Below are positions 49,892 to 59,710 of a stretch of 64,000 bases of DNA, one piece after another. This DNA comes from an uncultured Candidatus Binatia bacterium (lineage in GTDB: Bacteria; Desulfobacterota; Binatia; Bin18): assembly GCA_965214605.1 (NCBI GenBank), contig OZ243961.1, positions 3,328,001 through 3,392,000 of the forward strand. Reading direction: 5' to 3'. The notes beneath the pieces were generated by a model, which saw nothing but the letters and a program-made list of their open reading frames with translations, was not told where the DNA came from and did no database searches. The position numbers and the translations under genes are program-made. Every line of letters starts with the position of its first letter. Position 1 is the stretch's first letter.

Positions 49892-50509
49892 ATGGATACT
49901 CCAATTGCAATCATCGAATTTTCTGACTATCTGTGACCGTGGTGTTATCCAGCGGCCGTGCGCCTGCAAAAGATCAAACAGCACTACGGTGATCAGGTCA
50001 GCATCAAGTGGCACCCGTTTGCACTCCGTCCGCAGTACGACCCCCGGCCGTTTCAGTTCAGCGGGAGCTCTGTCGAAAATGCTTGGAAGCGCGCCTCGTC
50101 CTTGGCCGAAAACTTATCCTACACCATGTGGCCGCACGAGGAGTTTCCGCGTTGGAGTATGCCGGGCTTGGAGGCTGGTGTGGCCGCCCAGCGTCAGGGC
50201 GAGGACCTCTTTCTCAACTTTCACATCGAGCTGTTTCGAGCCTTTTTCATTGACAGCAAAAGTCTTATCGACAAAGATAACCTAGTGGCGGTGGCACGAG
50301 TCTGCGGTCTGGATATGACCGCCTTCCTGCGCGACATTGAGGACAAAGCGTTTCAGGAGACGGTGCGCCGGCAGTGCATTGAGGCGATTGATACCTACCT
50401 GATCAGCGCAGTGCCAACGGTCATCATGGGCGGCAAAAAGCGCCAGATCGGCATGGTGCCGGCCGAAGCCTACTGGCAGGACTTGGCCGACCTTGGGCTA
50501 GAAAGGTAG
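49892..50509 (+). CDS. DsbA/FrnE-family thioredoxin-fold protein with in-frame UGA (putative selenoprotein, UPWC)
   Basis: ATG at 49892 after GGAG reads MDTPIAIIEFSDYL-TGA(49934-49936)-PWCY, in frame with the 49958-50509 ORF. Has the cis-Pro motif AVPT. Confidence 0.85.
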
Positions 50510-51221
50510 CCATGGATACGGCATTGACGATGAACAGTTTCTGGGAGCCACCCTAGGTGGGCTGGACGGATACCGTGGTAGAGCCTGCGGCTGCTGGAAA
50601 CCGGTAGCCTAGGGGCTGTGTCAGATGCGCGTCTCGTCTCAGGATCGCAGCACTGGAGGCGATAGCCGAGAGACACAGTGCGCTCGGAGGGAAACTCTGA
50701 CGCTACAGGACATGAGAGCGCCGCCTGGGCCTGTGGAAATGGACTCTGCAACAGCCATTTTCGCAACAAACTCCGCCTCTCCGCAAAGATGGGAAAGGCT
50801 CCCAACAAATCCTGTTCGTGTTGGAACGCTTTGGCGGGTATCTTCTTGAATCGGAATACATAGGCAAAGGCTGTCTCAGGCCTTCCCAAGGCTGTCCCCG
50901 TGAAGGGGCGATTTCAGAAAACAGGGATGTTGTGACTATGTATTGGCCACTGATATGAGGAGCGGCCCCACAGAAGTCACACGGCTCTCTCTGTCACAGG
51001 CGACCCGGCGCCGGGTCGCCCATGTCAAGGAGGTTCGCCAGGTACTCTTGCGGATAAGAAGTGAGGGGCAAAGGTTGAGACGCCTCCCTCTGGCAATGGC
51101 TCGATGTTTGCCCGTCATATCTGAGCCGAACCGCTCCGTCTGTGGGGCTGAGGAGTCCGTCAGGGCGGTATCCGGAGTGGGTGTGGTCTTGGGCAGCCGT
51201 GTGGTGATAGATCGAACATGA

Positions 51222-52445
51222 CTAGAAATACAGCCGCAGCTGCGCATAATAAATCTGTGGATATAAGCCGTACTCGCTGCGTATGCGGGCCCCACGAACC
51301 CGGTCGCCCCACGGGAAATAGGCACCAAGCCGCAGGTCGGCCTCATCGCTTAGTGACACGACAACAAGGGGGCCGACGAGGCCGCTCAGATCGAGCAGAT
51401 TCCACTGGCTAAACAGGCTGCCTTGGACAAGGGGGTGGAATTCATAGTCGATCAGGCCGCCGAGGTAGTGCTGGCCGAAGTTGAAGATCTCGCCCCGGGC
51501 GAGGCGCCGAGAGGTAAACAGGCGGTGGTAGGAGTCAGTGTCGGCTTGGCCAAAGCCGTTGTAATAGTATTCGAGGAGTCCGTATAGGCCGTTCAGAAAA
51601 CGGTAGTCTACACTACTGACGGCGCGGAAAAACGTCCGCCGTTCCTGGATGCGGCCTGCGCTGTTGCGGGTGAAGGTGAACTCTCCCCGAACGCCAACCC
51701 CCCACACTTCACCGTCAAAGAATGGCCCTAGCACAACATCGTGGAAGAACTTCCCCGCCATCAGGCCAACGGCAAAATCTCGAACAGTGGTCTGGCTGCG
51801 CAGCCCGATTGCATGGTGACGAAAGTTCCCATTAAACGCGGCATACACGGCTTCGAGTTGGGAAAATTGGTCCAGGGGAATCTTGGTCCGAATCGCATCT
51901 ATCCCCGGCTTAAACTCTTGGTCAATCGCGACTGGAGAGAAGGCAACAAACAGATCGGCCGGCGTCCATAACCGACCAACCCCCCAGGAGATGGCCTGAC
52001 GTCCAATAATGATATCGGCGGTGGGCAGGCTCACCTCTAGATTTACGCGGTCCAGCGTGTGCTGCCACACAAAGCCGCTGTTTTGTCTGGCCGTCCAACT
52101 AAAGGGCAGCAGCGAAGAGCTACCAGCTTGGCGGTCGCCAGAGAACAGGCCTGCATTTGTCTCCGTACTCGGATTGATGACACCAACATGCTCGTAGTGC
52201 ACTGTCCAGCGCAGCCACCTGCCGACATGACCCTCCAACATCACACGCGCCCGGGTGAAGTCGGTGGCCGTATCTGAAAGGTCGGGCAGGGACGGGTCCT
52301 GGCCCAAAGCCAGGGTTTTAATATAGCCGGTTAGGCGGACGGACATGTCTGGAGAACGATGCTGCCACAGGGCTGAGGCATCGGGGGGGGAGCTCAGATG
52401 GAAGATCACACATACTAGCAGGCTAAAGCTTATATGGGTCGTCAT
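51222..52445 (-). CDS. Putative outer-membrane beta-barrel protein of a LolA/LolCDE-like operon
   Basis: Signal peptide, GRQAISWG motif, alternating beta pattern and C-terminal YAQLRLYF. Confidence 0.75.
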   Translation of the reverse strand: MTTHISFSLLVCVIFHLSSPPDASALWQHRSPDMSVRLTGYIKTLALGQDPSLPDLSDTATDFTRARVMLEGHVGRWLRWTVHYEHVGVINPSTETNAGLFSGDRQAGSSSLLPFSWTARQNSGFVWQHTLDRVNLEVSLPTADIIIGRQAISWGVGRLWTPADLFVAFSPVAIDQEFKPGIDAIRTKIPLDQFSQLEAVYAAFNGNFRHHAIGLRSQTTVRDFAVGLMAGKFFHDVVLGPFFDGEVWGVGVRGEFTFTRNSAGRIQERRTFFRAVSSVDYRFLNGLYGLLEYYYNGFGQADTDSYHRLFTSRRLARGEIFNFGQHYLGGLIDYEFHPLVQGSLFSQWNLLDLSGLVGPLVVVSLSDEADLRLGAYFPWGDRVRGARIRSEYGLYPQIYYAQLRLYF

Positions 52446-53152
52446 GACTCAGGGACTGGGCTTGTCTGCAGCTCATCACTCACAATCCGGCCGTCTCGCA
52501 AACGGATGAGACGGTGGGCACTGTCCATGACCTGCGGATCGTGGGTCGAAAAGAGGAACGTTGTGCCGTGCGATCGGTTGAGTTGAGCCATGACGTCTAG
52601 CAGAGCCGCGGCTGTGGATGAGTCGAGATTGGCGGTTGGCTCATCGGCCAGGATAAGGGCGGGCTGGGTTGCCATGGCTCTGGCAACGGCCACCCGCTGT
52701 TGCTGGCCACCGGATAATTGCGCGGGCCGCCGCTCTTCGAGACCGGTCAGCCCAATCTCGGTAAACAGCTGGTCGATTCGTGCCCGCCGTTGCAGCTCGG
52801 AAACCCCCTGGAGCAGCAGGGTGAACTCGGCGTTCTCCCGGGCAGTCAGGACCGGGATCAGATTATACGCCTGGAACACAAAACCGATGTGTGCCAGGCG
52901 TATACGGGCCAGCTGGCCGCTGGATAAGGCCTGAAGATCGTGGCCGGCCACCCACACCTGTCCGCTGTCGGCCCGGTCGAGTCCGCCAATGACATTCAGC
53001 AGCGTGGTTTTGCCTGAACCAGACGGACCGGCAATAGCCAGGAATTCGTCTGGTGCGATGTGGAGGTCAACACCCCGTAAAGCGGGCACTTCCAGGCTGT
53101 CGGTCTGATAGGTCCTGGTCACGTCTTTGAGTTCTACCGCCCAGTCGCTCAT
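52442..53152 (-). CDS. ABC transporter ATP-binding protein (LolD/MacB-like)
   Basis: GPSGSGKTT, LSGGQQQRVA and ADEPTANLD. Confidence 0.95.
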   Translation of the reverse strand: MSDWAVELKDVTRTYQTDSLEVPALRGVDLHIAPDEFLAIAGPSGSGKTTLLNVIGGLDRADSGQVWVAGHDLQALSSGQLARIRLAHIGFVFQAYNLIPVLTARENAEFTLLLQGVSELQRRARIDQLFTEIGLTGLEERRPAQLSGGQQQRVAVARAMATQPALILADEPTANLDSSTAAALLDVMAQLNRSHGTTFLFSTHDPQVMDSAHRLIRLRDGRIVSDELQTSPVPES

Positions 53153-53160
53153 AGCTGTTC

Positions 53161-54486
53161 CTACATGGTCCGGAGTGCTCCGGGCAGCTCGGTTCGGGCG
53201 CCTTTCCAGGCCGGGTATGCGGCCATCAGCAGGGCGAGCGCGCCGACCACACTCACCGCCCACATAATCCGTGCATAACTCAGCGAAGAGTACAGGATAG
53301 GGTCAAAGACGGTCCCCGCAATCGGGATATCGGTCTCAGTGAAGACGCGCATATCTAGGCCATAGGTCGCAAAATACCAGTGGCCGCCGAGACCGAGACT
53401 CAGTCCAAAGACTAGGCTGAGCGCGATTAAAAGCACCGACTCATACATGACTAGGGTCAACAGTTGAGTCGGTTGTAAGCCTACCGCCGCGCACACGCCA
53501 AGTTCGTAGCGCCGCTCTAAGACCGCCATCAGCATGGTGTTTAGCACGCCTAGGGCCACCATGACCAGGATAATACCGTTCATCACATAGTTAAAGGCGT
53601 CGTCGAGCCAGACAAATCGGGCCAGCTCGGCCAGGGCTTGACGCCAGGTCAGGACCTCAATCTCGGTTGGGCTGAATTGGGTCCGTAAAGCGTCCGCCAT
53701 TGGCATGGCAGCGCTGTCCTGACGTAAGAAAACGGCGATTTGGTTGACGCTCTCGCCCGCCCCAAGAAAGAGCTGGGTTTCGGGCAACGTGAGATGGACG
53801 AGATAGGCGTCCACTTCGCGCAGACCGGTGTGGAAGATGCCGACGACCCGGAACAGGGCGCTTTGAATCTCTCCCCCCACTACTCCGTTCGGGTGCTGCG
53901 AGGCGGCTTGTTGCGTGTGGTCAGCATCGTCTCCCTTGTCTACCCCCGGACGGACCGCCTGAGCCATCAGGACGACCTTTGAGCCGATCCGCACTCTCAG
54001 CTTTTTGGCTAACTCAGATCCAAGCACCAGCCCTGAAGACTGCTTGCCGTCTAGATACGAGCCTTCGATTATGCGCTGCGGAATCAGCGAGACGATTTGC
54101 TCGGCGCGTGGCTCGACGCCAACAATACCGACTCCCGACGCATTGGCCGCAGAACTGAGCAGGCCCGAGGCCAGCAAGCGAGGGTTGATGCTGTGAAGCG
54201 CACGGTCGGCGCGCAGCGCTTGGCCAACGGTTGAAAGGACATGGGCAGGCAGGAGCAGATCCTGGGATTGACTGCGTTGATAGCTCTCGGCCTGAATCAC
54301 CACATGGCCGCCCCCCAGCTTGATGCCGTTCACAATCATCTGTTCGTGGCCCCCGTCACCCAAACCCAATGAGAGGAGGAACAAAGCCAGCCCGAGGCCG
54401 AGGGCCAGGACGGTCAGCATGGTCCGACGCGCGTGTCTCCACAGGTTACGCCAGGCCAGGCTCAAGAGTAGAGGTGTTCGTATCAT
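53161..54486 (-). CDS. ABC transporter permease (LolE/FtsX-like)
   Basis: LAWRNLWR, MacB-type periplasmic domain and NTMLMAVLERRYE. Confidence 0.92.
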   Translation of the reverse strand: MIRTPLLLSLAWRNLWRHARRTMLTVLALGLGLALFLLSLGLGDGGHEQMIVNGIKLGGGHVVIQAESYQRSQSQDLLLPAHVLSTVGQALRADRALHSINPRLLASGLLSSAANASGVGIVGVEPRAEQIVSLIPQRIIEGSYLDGKQSSGLVLGSELAKKLRVRIGSKVVLMAQAVRPGVDKGDDADHTQQAASQHPNGVVGGEIQSALFRVVGIFHTGLREVDAYLVHLTLPETQLFLGAGESVNQIAVFLRQDSAAMPMADALRTQFSPTEIEVLTWRQALAELARFVWLDDAFNYVMNGIILVMVALGVLNTMLMAVLERRYELGVCAAVGLQPTQLLTLVMYESVLLIALSLVFGLSLGLGGHWYFATYGLDMRVFTETDIPIAGTVFDPILYSSLSYARIMWAVSVVGALALLMAAYPAWKGARTELPGALRTM

Positions 54487-54489
54487 GAC

Positions 54490-55755
54490 TCATACCCGTC
54501 GCATTGCTTCAACCGGCTGCAGACGTGCCACTCGAATAGCCGGATAGAGTGCCGATACCAAGGCCACAAGGGCTAACCCGACCGCGGCCTGAATGTAGAT
54601 GATAAAGTCGTGTCGGCCGTACCAGATAGGGTCGATGACAACGCCAGCCACTGACAGCTCTCCCATAATAGTGCGTAAATCAAGCCCATAGGCCTGAAGA
54701 TACCACACCAGCGGTCCACCAAAACCAGCCCCAAGGGCGACACTCACCCCGGCCAGCAGACTGGCTTCAAGCATGACTAGCAGGGTCATGTACATCGGTC
54801 GCAGCCCCAGGGCCATGAGGACGCCATATTCACGGGTCCGTTCAAAGACCGCCATCAGCATGGTGTTCATCACCCCGATGATCGCGACGAGGAAGACGAT
54901 TGAGAAAAGAAAAGTGTTTGAGCCTTCACTCATTTGGACATAGTCGGCCAAGGTTGGGGATAATTCGGGCCAGGCCCGAACCCGGATCGGCAGTGTTACG
55001 CCAATTTGACTTTCGAGTCTGCTGGCAACCCCGCTTGCCACGTCCGCAGTTCTTGTGAGCACCCCAACTTCGTGAATCCGGTTTGCTGCCAGGCTCAGGA
55101 GCTCCTGCGTCGCGCCGAGGGGCATGAGGACGGTCCCACGGTCGATTGCCTCAGAGCCGGTCCGGAGAATACCCACCACGGTGTAGAGATCATTCCCAAT
55201 TGAGCCGTCGGCGGCTTGGGTGAGCAGAATAATCTCACTTCCAAGCTTGGCGGCGATGGTATTAGCCAGCTTCTCGCCCAGCACAACCTCATTTGCGTTG
55301 TTTTTCGCCTGCTGATTGAGAAAGCGGCCCTTGGCAAGACGGGTATGAAAACTCGAAATCTGCTGTTCGCGGACCGGGTCAATGCCGAGCAGGTCGGCTC
55401 CAGCCGAGTACTCTCCTCCGCTCACCAAGCCGTAGCCGTACACCCGTGGGGCCGCGGCCAGGACCTGGGGATGGGTGGTCAGGGTCGTCAGCAGGTCGTC
55501 AAGCTCGGTTCCCGTCCGTCCTCCCAGTGTATGGTAAAGGGATCGATCCGGATAATAGCCCGGGGCATGGACCTGCATATGTGACAGCCCCATACGTGTG
55601 CCGTTGTCGATCATCTGCTGGCTTAAGCCGTGTAAGAGACAGGCAAACAACAACAGCATAGCATAGCCCAGGGCGATCGCGGTTACGCTGATGAAGGTGC
55701 GTCGCGGGTTGCGCCACAGGTTGCGCCAGGCTAGCTGCAAGAGTCGTTTCGTCAC
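54490..55755 (-). CDS. ABC transporter permease (LolC/FtsX-like)
   Basis: LAWRNLWRNPRR, NTMLMAVFERTRE and PVEAMR. Confidence 0.92.
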   Translation of the reverse strand: MTKRLLQLAWRNLWRNPRRTFISVTAIALGYAMLLLFACLLHGLSQQMIDNGTRMGLSHMQVHAPGYYPDRSLYHTLGGRTGTELDDLLTTLTTHPQVLAAAPRVYGYGLVSGGEYSAGADLLGIDPVREQQISSFHTRLAKGRFLNQQAKNNANEVVLGEKLANTIAAKLGSEIILLTQAADGSIGNDLYTVVGILRTGSEAIDRGTVLMPLGATQELLSLAANRIHEVGVLTRTADVASGVASRLESQIGVTLPIRVRAWPELSPTLADYVQMSEGSNTFLFSIVFLVAIIGVMNTMLMAVFERTREYGVLMALGLRPMYMTLLVMLEASLLAGVSVALGAGFGGPLVWYLQAYGLDLRTIMGELSVAGVVIDPIWYGRHDFIIYIQAAVGLALVALVSALYPAIRVARLQPVEAMRRV

Positions 55756-56546
55756 CGCTGTCTTTCCAAGTTGCGCAGGGAAAAGGTGTCGGCCGAAATC
55801 GGAATGTCGAACACTAGGTCGTTATAGATGATGACGGTCTGCTCATTGGGTTTATCCTGGGGCTGCATGACCATACGGGCCGGCACCAGGTGACCGCCCA
55901 TGGTCGTGTAGGACGAAAACCTCAGCTCGCGCATGAGCGTGCCCTCTTCATCATAATAGCGCTGCCAGGTTGGCATGAGGTCGTCTTGGCGGACTTCGAG
56001 TTCGATCTTTCCCCACACCACCGGCGCTCCAGACCGGGGAGTCAGCAAAAATTCGTACACCGCGGTTCCGTATCGGTCTCCCTCAAAAGCCATCTCAAGA
56101 GAATAGTCACGAATGAGGCGGCTCTCTTTGACCAAATCGTCATTGGTGAAATGGCTGCCCATCCATGAGGCCATCATCATTGAGGTCGGAATTTTAATGG
56201 TACGGCCGACCTTGGGCAAGTAATTCCAGATATTATTATCGACTTTCAGAGTGGCCGTTCCAGCCTCTTTCTTGGGTTTCTCAATCCGAACCAGGGTGTT
56301 CTCAGTGCCTTGGGACCAGACCTGCATGGTCAGGCTACGTTGCCAGTTTTCGGTCACAATTTGCATGGTTATGGTGCCCTGGCTTGAATCTCCGCGCATC
56401 ATACGATCAACCCGGTCAACAATCTCCCGGGCGCGCTGCTGGTCATCTGAGCCGGCAAAGGCCGGACTGAGCAGGCCGAGTACGGTGCTAAGGACGAGCG
56501 ACTGCAAAAACGCGCGAGACCAAGAGAGCCGTGTCTGAACAGTCAT
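55752..56546 (-). CDS. Outer membrane lipoprotein-sorting (LolA-like) protein
   Basis: Signal peptide, WNYLP, SWMGSHFTNDDL and FSLRNL. Confidence 0.88.
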   Translation of the reverse strand: MTVQTRLSWSRAFLQSLVLSTVLGLLSPAFAGSDDQQRAREIVDRVDRMMRGDSSQGTITMQIVTENWQRSLTMQVWSQGTENTLVRIEKPKKEAGTATLKVDNNIWNYLPKVGRTIKIPTSMMMASWMGSHFTNDDLVKESRLIRDYSLEMAFEGDRYGTAVYEFLLTPRSGAPVVWGKIELEVRQDDLMPTWQRYYDEEGTLMRELRFSSYTTMGGHLVPARMVMQPQDKPNEQTVIIYNDLVFDIPISADTFSLRNLERQR

Positions 56547-56712
56547 AGTTGGAGCCTTTCACCGTTGCGGGTAAGCCACACACCCGCCATGTGGACGATG
56601 TTCTTTTCATGGTCATTCTTGTTCATCTTATTTGACCACATTCGGAACCCATGGCACTCTCAGGGCGACGAGTCTGCTGAACATCATGAACATCATAAGG
56701 TTGGAGAGTAGA

Positions 56713-57594
56713 ATGAGTGCTGCACTACATTTTGATCATACCCCGTATCTCATCAGATTCGACCAGAAAGTTCAACTGAACGACTATCGTACAAAAGCTG
56801 GTGTCGAGTTCAAAAACAAATCTGAGGCACAAAAGGCCCTGCAAGAGGATGTGGCGGGTCTGGTAGAAGCCCAGCGGATACTCTGGGCAAGTGCTGAATA
56901 CGCCTTTCTCATCGTCCTGCAAGGTCCTGATGCCTCGGGCAAGGACGGCTTGATTCGGCACGTGTTTTCAGCGATGAACCCGCAGGGCTGTTCGGTCCAC
57001 AGCTTTGCAGCGCCAAACGAAGAGGAAGCAAGACATCATTTCTTATGGCGGCCAAACCGCTACCTGCCGGGCAAAGGTCAGATCACTGTTTTCAACCGCT
57101 CGTATTACGAGGAGGTGTTGGTTGTGCGGGTCCACCCACATTTTCTCGACGCCCAACGCTTCCCATCCGGCCAGCCCGGAGAAGACATCTGGCAGACCCG
57201 CTTTGACGATATTAACAGCTTTGAAAAGGGCTTGGTGCGAAACGGGACCCAGATACTGAAATTCTACCTCCATCTGTCAAAAGCTGAGCAAAAAAAGCGC
57301 TTTCTGACTCGCCTGACTAGGCCGGAAAAACACTGGAAGTTTGCTGACGCCGATATTCGTGAACGTCGATATTGGAAAGACTACCGTCAGGTGTATGAGG
57401 ATATGCTGAGCCATACCAGTACAGAATGGGCACCCTGGTATGTCATTCCGGCCGACAACAAATGGTATGCCCGGGCGCTGGTTGCTGATATAGCTGCGGC
57501 GCGGATTGGGGCTCTGCCCCTGCGCTATCCCCAGGTGAGCCCAGACCAAAAAAGACGGCTGCTAGAGGCAAAACGCGAATTAGAAAACGAGTAG
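56713..57594 (+). CDS. Polyphosphate kinase 2 family (class III-like)
   Basis: QGPDASGKD, MNPQG, FNRSYYEEVLVVRVH and APWYVIPADNKW. Confidence 0.93.
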   Translation: MSAALHFDHTPYLIRFDQKVQLNDYRTKAGVEFKNKSEAQKALQEDVAGLVEAQRILWASAEYAFLIVLQGPDASGKDGLIRHVFSAMNPQGCSVHSFAAPNEEEARHHFLWRPNRYLPGKGQITVFNRSYYEEVLVVRVHPHFLDAQRFPSGQPGEDIWQTRFDDINSFEKGLVRNGTQILKFYLHLSKAEQKKRFLTRLTRPEKHWKFADADIRERRYWKDYRQVYEDMLSHTSTEWAPWYVIPADNKWYARALVADIAAARIGALPLRYPQVSPDQKRRLLEAKRELENE

Positions 57595-57600
57595 GGAGCT

Positions 57601-57867
57601 GTGGTGCCGGACAGTGAAGAACGGACGTTTCGCCTGCGCTTTTCTCTGAGCGCTGATATTCCCGCTCAAGCCTGGGATGATGAGGAGTTTGAGGGCGATG
57701 AGTGGCTGGACGAGTGGGAAGTTCGCATCAAGCCCGGTTTGATCCGGGCCGTCTTCTCCTATTTGCGGACATTTGACGGCTGGACCTGCCGCCTGCGCAA
57801 CCGCGGCGTGTCACCGCTGGATGAAATCGAAATTGTGCTCACAAAAGAACTCTCAAAAGACGCTTAG
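57601..57867 (+). CDS. Hypothetical acidic protein (88 aa)
   Basis: GTG after GGGAG immediately downstream of PPK2; protein-like composition (W.C..RNRG.SP.DEIEI). Confidence 0.7.
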   Translation: MVPDSEERTFRLRFSLSADIPAQAWDDEEFEGDEWLDEWEVRIKPGLIRAVFSYLRTFDGWTCRLRNRGVSPLDEIEIVLTKELSKDA

Positions 57868-57890
57868 AGATGCTCCGAGGGAGCATCTCT
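57866..57890. terminator. Hairpin between convergent genes
   Basis: AGAGATGCTCC-GAG-GGAGCATCTCT. Confidence 0.55.
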
Positions 57891-57900
57891 GTACACTGTG

Positions 57901-59589
57901 TTAGACTTGGGTCGATCCTAGCAAGTTCCCGCCCAAAGATGGGTGGCCAAAGCGCTTGTCGCCCAGCACATTGATGAGAGACGTCTTGCCGGATTTGAGC
58001 GCCCGCTCTAGGGCGGGGATGATCTCGTCCGGGGTCTCGGCATGCTCGGTGTGCACTCCCATCGGCTCGAACACCTTGTCGTAACGAATATTGGGAACCA
58101 TATCGAACGGGTCAGTCCGGCCCTTGAGGAGTGGCATCTGCTCAAAACTTGGACCCCACGAGCTGTTATTCCACAACAGACAGATAATCGGGATATTGTA
58201 CTTGGCCGCGGTTTCCATATCCATCCCGCCGATGCCGAGACCCCCGTCGCCAGAGACAACAATGACTTGTTTGCCCGGTCGGCCCAGCTGCGCCCCGATC
58301 CCCATGCCAACCCCGTGTCCCACCGGAGCCAGCGGACCAGCGTCAACGATTTGTCCGGTACTATGGGCGGTGAACCACTGGCTGGTATAGCCGCTCAGGG
58401 TAAAACTGTCGATAATCAGAGTGGCGTCTTTGTCGATGACGGAAACTAGGTCTTTGGTCAGCCGGTCAGGATGAATCGGGACGTCAGCATGCGTCTTGGC
58501 CGCCCGTTCACTAATCATTCGTTCGTAGTTTTGACGCACCTCAACCATCTGTTGCAACCACGGGCTTTCGCGTTTGGCACTGAAGTCGAGCTTCATGGCT
58601 TTGATGGTGTCAATGATCTGACGCAGGACGAGCTTGGGGTCACCAACAATGCCAACCTCGGCCGGTACGTGCCAACCGACGCGTTGAGGGTCGGTATCAA
58701 CCTGGACATAGGTGGCTTTATCCGTCCAAGTGGGCGGTCCGCCGAATTTTTCACCGCTCCAAAAGCGGAAGCCGACAGCCAGAACAAGGTCGGCATTGCC
58801 GGTAAAGGGTTTTTTCCACGCCCCACGGATAGCTAAGAGGTTATCCTCGTCCAATGCGCCCTGACCGGCCCGGCGACAGTAGACCGGCGTGCTTGTCAAC
58901 TCGGCCAATTCTTTGAGCTCTTCTTGAGCGTGAGACCAGAAGATGCCGTCGCCACCGGCAATCAGCGGACGCTGGGCCGAGAACAGCAGTTCGGCCGTCT
59001 TTTCGATACTGCGCGGATCGCCCTGAGAGCGAATAGCATCGACGTCATAAATCCTGGCTCCGCGGCGCTGTTTGGTCTCGTCGTCGGTGTGGTACAGGAT
59101 ATTGGTTGGAATCTCCAGCATGGAGACGCCCTGGGGTGGATTTTTTGCCTCACGAAAGGCCTGGCGTAGGTCAACCTCGATCGTCGTCCAGTCCAGGACT
59201 CGTTTGCCAAACTTGGCAAACGAGCTGACGACATCTGAGCCATAGGCCTCCTGGAAAGAGCCGATGTAGTCCTCAGTCGTTGGGTGCTGGCCGGACAGGC
59301 ACACCACCGAGCTGTTGGTCAGGGCAGCTCCGCACAGCCCGGTTACGGCGTTGGTCAGCCCACAGCCGGCGGTCACACAACACACGCCCGGTTGGCCGGT
59401 AACGCGGGCGTAGGCGTCGGCCGCATACGCCGTGGCTTGCTCGTGGCGCATGTGGATCAGCTTAACGTCGTTATCCCGCAGGTTTGCCAAAATGGGGAAG
59501 GTATGTCCGCCGTTGACGGCGAACATATATTTCACGTTTTGTTCTTTGAGGATGCGGCCAATCAGCACTCCTCCATCAACACTTGCCAT
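57901..59589 (-). CDS. Thiamine-diphosphate-dependent enzyme (acetolactate synthase / 2-hydroxyacyl-CoA lyase-like)
   Basis: MRHEQ catalytic Glu, TAGCG and GDGG...WNN ThDP motif. RBS AAAGGAGG. Confidence 0.92.
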   Translation of the reverse strand: MASVDGGVLIGRILKEQNVKYMFAVNGGHTFPILANLRDNDVKLIHMRHEQATAYAADAYARVTGQPGVCCVTAGCGLTNAVTGLCGAALTNSSVVCLSGQHPTTEDYIGSFQEAYGSDVVSSFAKFGKRVLDWTTIEVDLRQAFREAKNPPQGVSMLEIPTNILYHTDDETKQRRGARIYDVDAIRSQGDPRSIEKTAELLFSAQRPLIAGGDGIFWSHAQEELKELAELTSTPVYCRRAGQGALDEDNLLAIRGAWKKPFTGNADLVLAVGFRFWSGEKFGGPPTWTDKATYVQVDTDPQRVGWHVPAEVGIVGDPKLVLRQIIDTIKAMKLDFSAKRESPWLQQMVEVRQNYERMISERAAKTHADVPIHPDRLTKDLVSVIDKDATLIIDSFTLSGYTSQWFTAHSTGQIVDAGPLAPVGHGVGMGIGAQLGRPGKQVIVVSGDGGLGIGGMDMETAAKYNIPIICLLWNNSSWGPSFEQMPLLKGRTDPFDMVPNIRYDKVFEPMGVHTEHAETPDEIIPALERALKSGKTSLINVLGDKRFGHPSLGGNLLGSTQV

Positions 59590-59653
59590 ACGTACTGTCC
59601 TCCTTTTCGGGGTGAAGACAGGGCATCTTTCCACATTTTTTTGGAAGAAAAAA

Positions 59654-59682
59654 GTAGGGGCGGGTTTCAGACCCGCCCCTAC
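59654..59682 (-). terminator. GTAG-type REP-like palindrome acting as a terminator
   Basis: GTAGGGGCGGGT-TTCAG-ACCCGCCCCTAC, followed by TTTTTTCTT on the minus strand. Confidence 0.7.
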
Positions 59683-59710
59683 TCGCTCTCTTCTCTGACG
59701 GCGTGCCGTG

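Noticed and set aside
50510-51220. 700-bp gap with GGCTGTGTCAGA / GGCTGTCTCAG motifs resembling IS ends
   Set aside because: No matching inverted partner, target duplication or transposase remnant could be established; left as unexplained intergenic DNA.
56678-56695. GAAC direct repeat as a LexA box
   Set aside because: Spacing is N5, not N7, and the flanking genes are not SOS-type.
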